DNA from: Vicugna vicugna
Lineage: Eukaryota
DNA length: 64,000 nt
Direction: 5' to 3'
Assembly (NCBI GenBank): GCA_013265495.1
Contig: MU058584.1
Coordinates: 5,918,407 to 5,982,406 of the forward strand
The notes beneath the pieces were generated by a model that worked only from the letters and a program-made list of their open reading frames with translations, was not told the DNA's origin and made no database searches. Every line of letters begins with the position of its first letter. Within the stretch, counting starts at the first letter, position 1. Of this stretch, positions 62,650 through 64,000 are shown piece after piece. The position numbers and the translations under genes are program-made.

Positions 62650-63830
62650 CTTGGGTCAAGAACGGAGGCAGCATCGCAGGGCGAGCGCGACCCCAGGCCC
62701 CCGCAGCTCGGCCCCGCCGCGCCCGGGACGGTCCCGCCCCGCCGCGCACACTCGCCCTACCCGCGGCGAGGACGGCGCCCCGGGACCGCGGGCGGGCGGA
62801 CGGGGGGGGCCAACCGCGACTCCTTGGGGTCGCTGAGGGGCGGGGACGGGGCTTCCGCTTCGCTAGCCCCTCACTTTCCACACCTGCCCGCGAGGCCCGG
62901 CTCCGCGACTTCCTCCGATTGCACCGGCCGCCGACTCCGCGGGGCGGGGGCCGCCCGCGAAGCCCAGGTTCGCCAGGCGCCCAGCAAAGAGCAGGGGCAG
63001 GCTGCGCGGAGGCGGAGAGCAGGGTTCAACCGGCAGCGGCGCCGCGCCGAGCTCGCCCCAAGCGCAGGCCCGCGAGCCGGGCGCGCGCGCCCACCGCCTC
63101 GCTCCCGGCCCGGCCCCCTCCCCCGCGGCCCAGGCCCGCACTGACGGGGGACGCAGCGCGGGGCTCCCTGTTACCTGCGGGAGGGCGGCGGGGGAGGCGG
63201 CCGAGGGTCTTCACTTCGGTCCCCTCTTCGCCCACTGTTGACACCAACCACCCTCGCCTCCCCCGTGACGCTCTGGCCACTACGCCCACAATCTTCCGAG
63301 GTCTGGTCCCTCCGACACCATAGAGACGGGTCCGGAAGCCGGACAGAATGCCAGCCTTCAGCCCTCCAACGCCACCACTGAGGCGCACCAACCCGGAACC
63401 GAGATAGAGCGGCCGCACCGGTGGCTCTCAGGCCGGTGCCATCTTGAGTGTGGGCCCCCGTGCCGACCCGCGCTTCACTCACAGCCCCCAGCAGTATAGT
63501 TGGTCTGTGAAGATGTCTTCTCTTTTTGGCTTTGCGTTGAACGCGCAAATCTGTCTTGATTTTAATTTTTAGGCTTTTCAAGGGACCGTCTTAACTCGAT
63601 TTCCGCCCGAACCTAAAATGGCCGCCGGCCGCCTCTGACAAATAGAAAAGAGGCGTGGCAGAAGAAAAATAAGAGTACTAAGGAAATTGGGAGGGCTTTC
63701 AGGAGGTGACGTCACTCACCCCGCAGCCCGGATTGGCTGCGCTGCGTCGGCCCAAGTCGTACTGAGCTGCCGCTGAAGCTCGCGGAGGTCGAGGTGATTC
63801 CAGCTGAAGTCTATTGGTCAGAGTCTGAAG
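62650..63830. promoter_or_regulatory. CpG-island promoter of SCYL3
   Basis: Dense CpG and GC boxes. ETS-type CCGGAAG at ~63333, YY1-like AAAATGGCCGCC at ~63616, CRE palindrome GTGACGTCAC at 63706-63715, inverted CCAAT (ATTGG) at ~63732 and ~63813. Confidence 0.85.
63175..63300 (-). other. SCYL3: SCYL3 non-coding exon 1 (5' end approximate)
   Basis: Donor CAG|gtaaca at 63175/63174 inside the CpG island, upstream of the ATG exon. Confidence 0.7.
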
Positions 63831-64000
63831 TTGCGCTTAATTAAGCAAAGAGTCAGATTAGGATTATTAATATTAATAGTGCTTATTAATATTAATAGTT
63901 TCTACTTATTAGGGTGTAGTGAGAATAAAATGAATGTAAGTGATAGTTTTTAAACTACACGACTCAAACCCTTTAGAATATTCTATTACCGTCCATGTGA

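Larger units (their letters stand above)
29050..63300 (-). other. SCYL3: SCYL3 gene (SCY1-like pseudokinase 3 / PACE-1), complete; transcript ends approximate
   Basis: 13 coding exons total 2244 nt = 747 aa + TGA, from [10 protein letters not shown] to ELNWEDTNW*. The protein has a pseudokinase domain (HNN in place of HRD, GGM in place of DFG), a HEAT-like region and an acidic tail. Non-coding exon 1 lies in a CpG island. Confidence 0.95.

Noticed and set aside
62463..63323. 286-aa + strand ORF and other overlapping ORFs in the CpG island
   Set aside because: Arg/Pro/Ala-rich low-complexity translation. Several frames on both strands are open, as expected from stop-codon scarcity in GC-rich DNA, and no domain is recognisable.
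63864..63899. Duplicated 17-mer ttattaatattaatagt
   Set aside because: Simple AT-rich slippage duplication with two units only; not an array.
1..64000. CRISPR arrays, operons or other prokaryote-type systems
   Set aside because: The sequence is intron-exon mammalian DNA, and I found no regularly spaced repeat-spacer structure.

Overview
This is a mammalian genomic window, most likely camelid judging by its tRNA-derived SINE family. It holds two convergent protein-coding genes. On the + strand are the last 17 coding exons of FIRRM/C1orf112 (FLIP/Apolo1, the FIGNL1 partner): 526-28902, 662 codons plus stop, with the 5' part outside the window. On the - strand is the complete SCYL3 (PACE-1) pseudokinase gene: a non-coding exon 1 in a CpG island at ~63.2 kb and 13 coding exons at 57963-29683, giving 747 aa. 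All exon junctions are GT-AG and phase-consistent, so both genes look intact. The introns contain L1, L2, MIR, MaLR/ERV1 LTRs, DNA-transposon relics and young SINEs. I see no convincing new gene system. The most unusual signals are genome-dynamics events readable from target-site duplications (TSDs): an L1 inserted inside the SCYL3 exon-3 splice acceptor, an L1 3' transduction, an L1 co-inserted with an antisense 5S rRNA fragment, a tailless SINE, and a 47-bp locally templated insertion. Also notable are overlapping convergent 3' ends and a candidate antisense promoter inside SCYL3. Gene and repeat names come from sequence recognition, not database searches.
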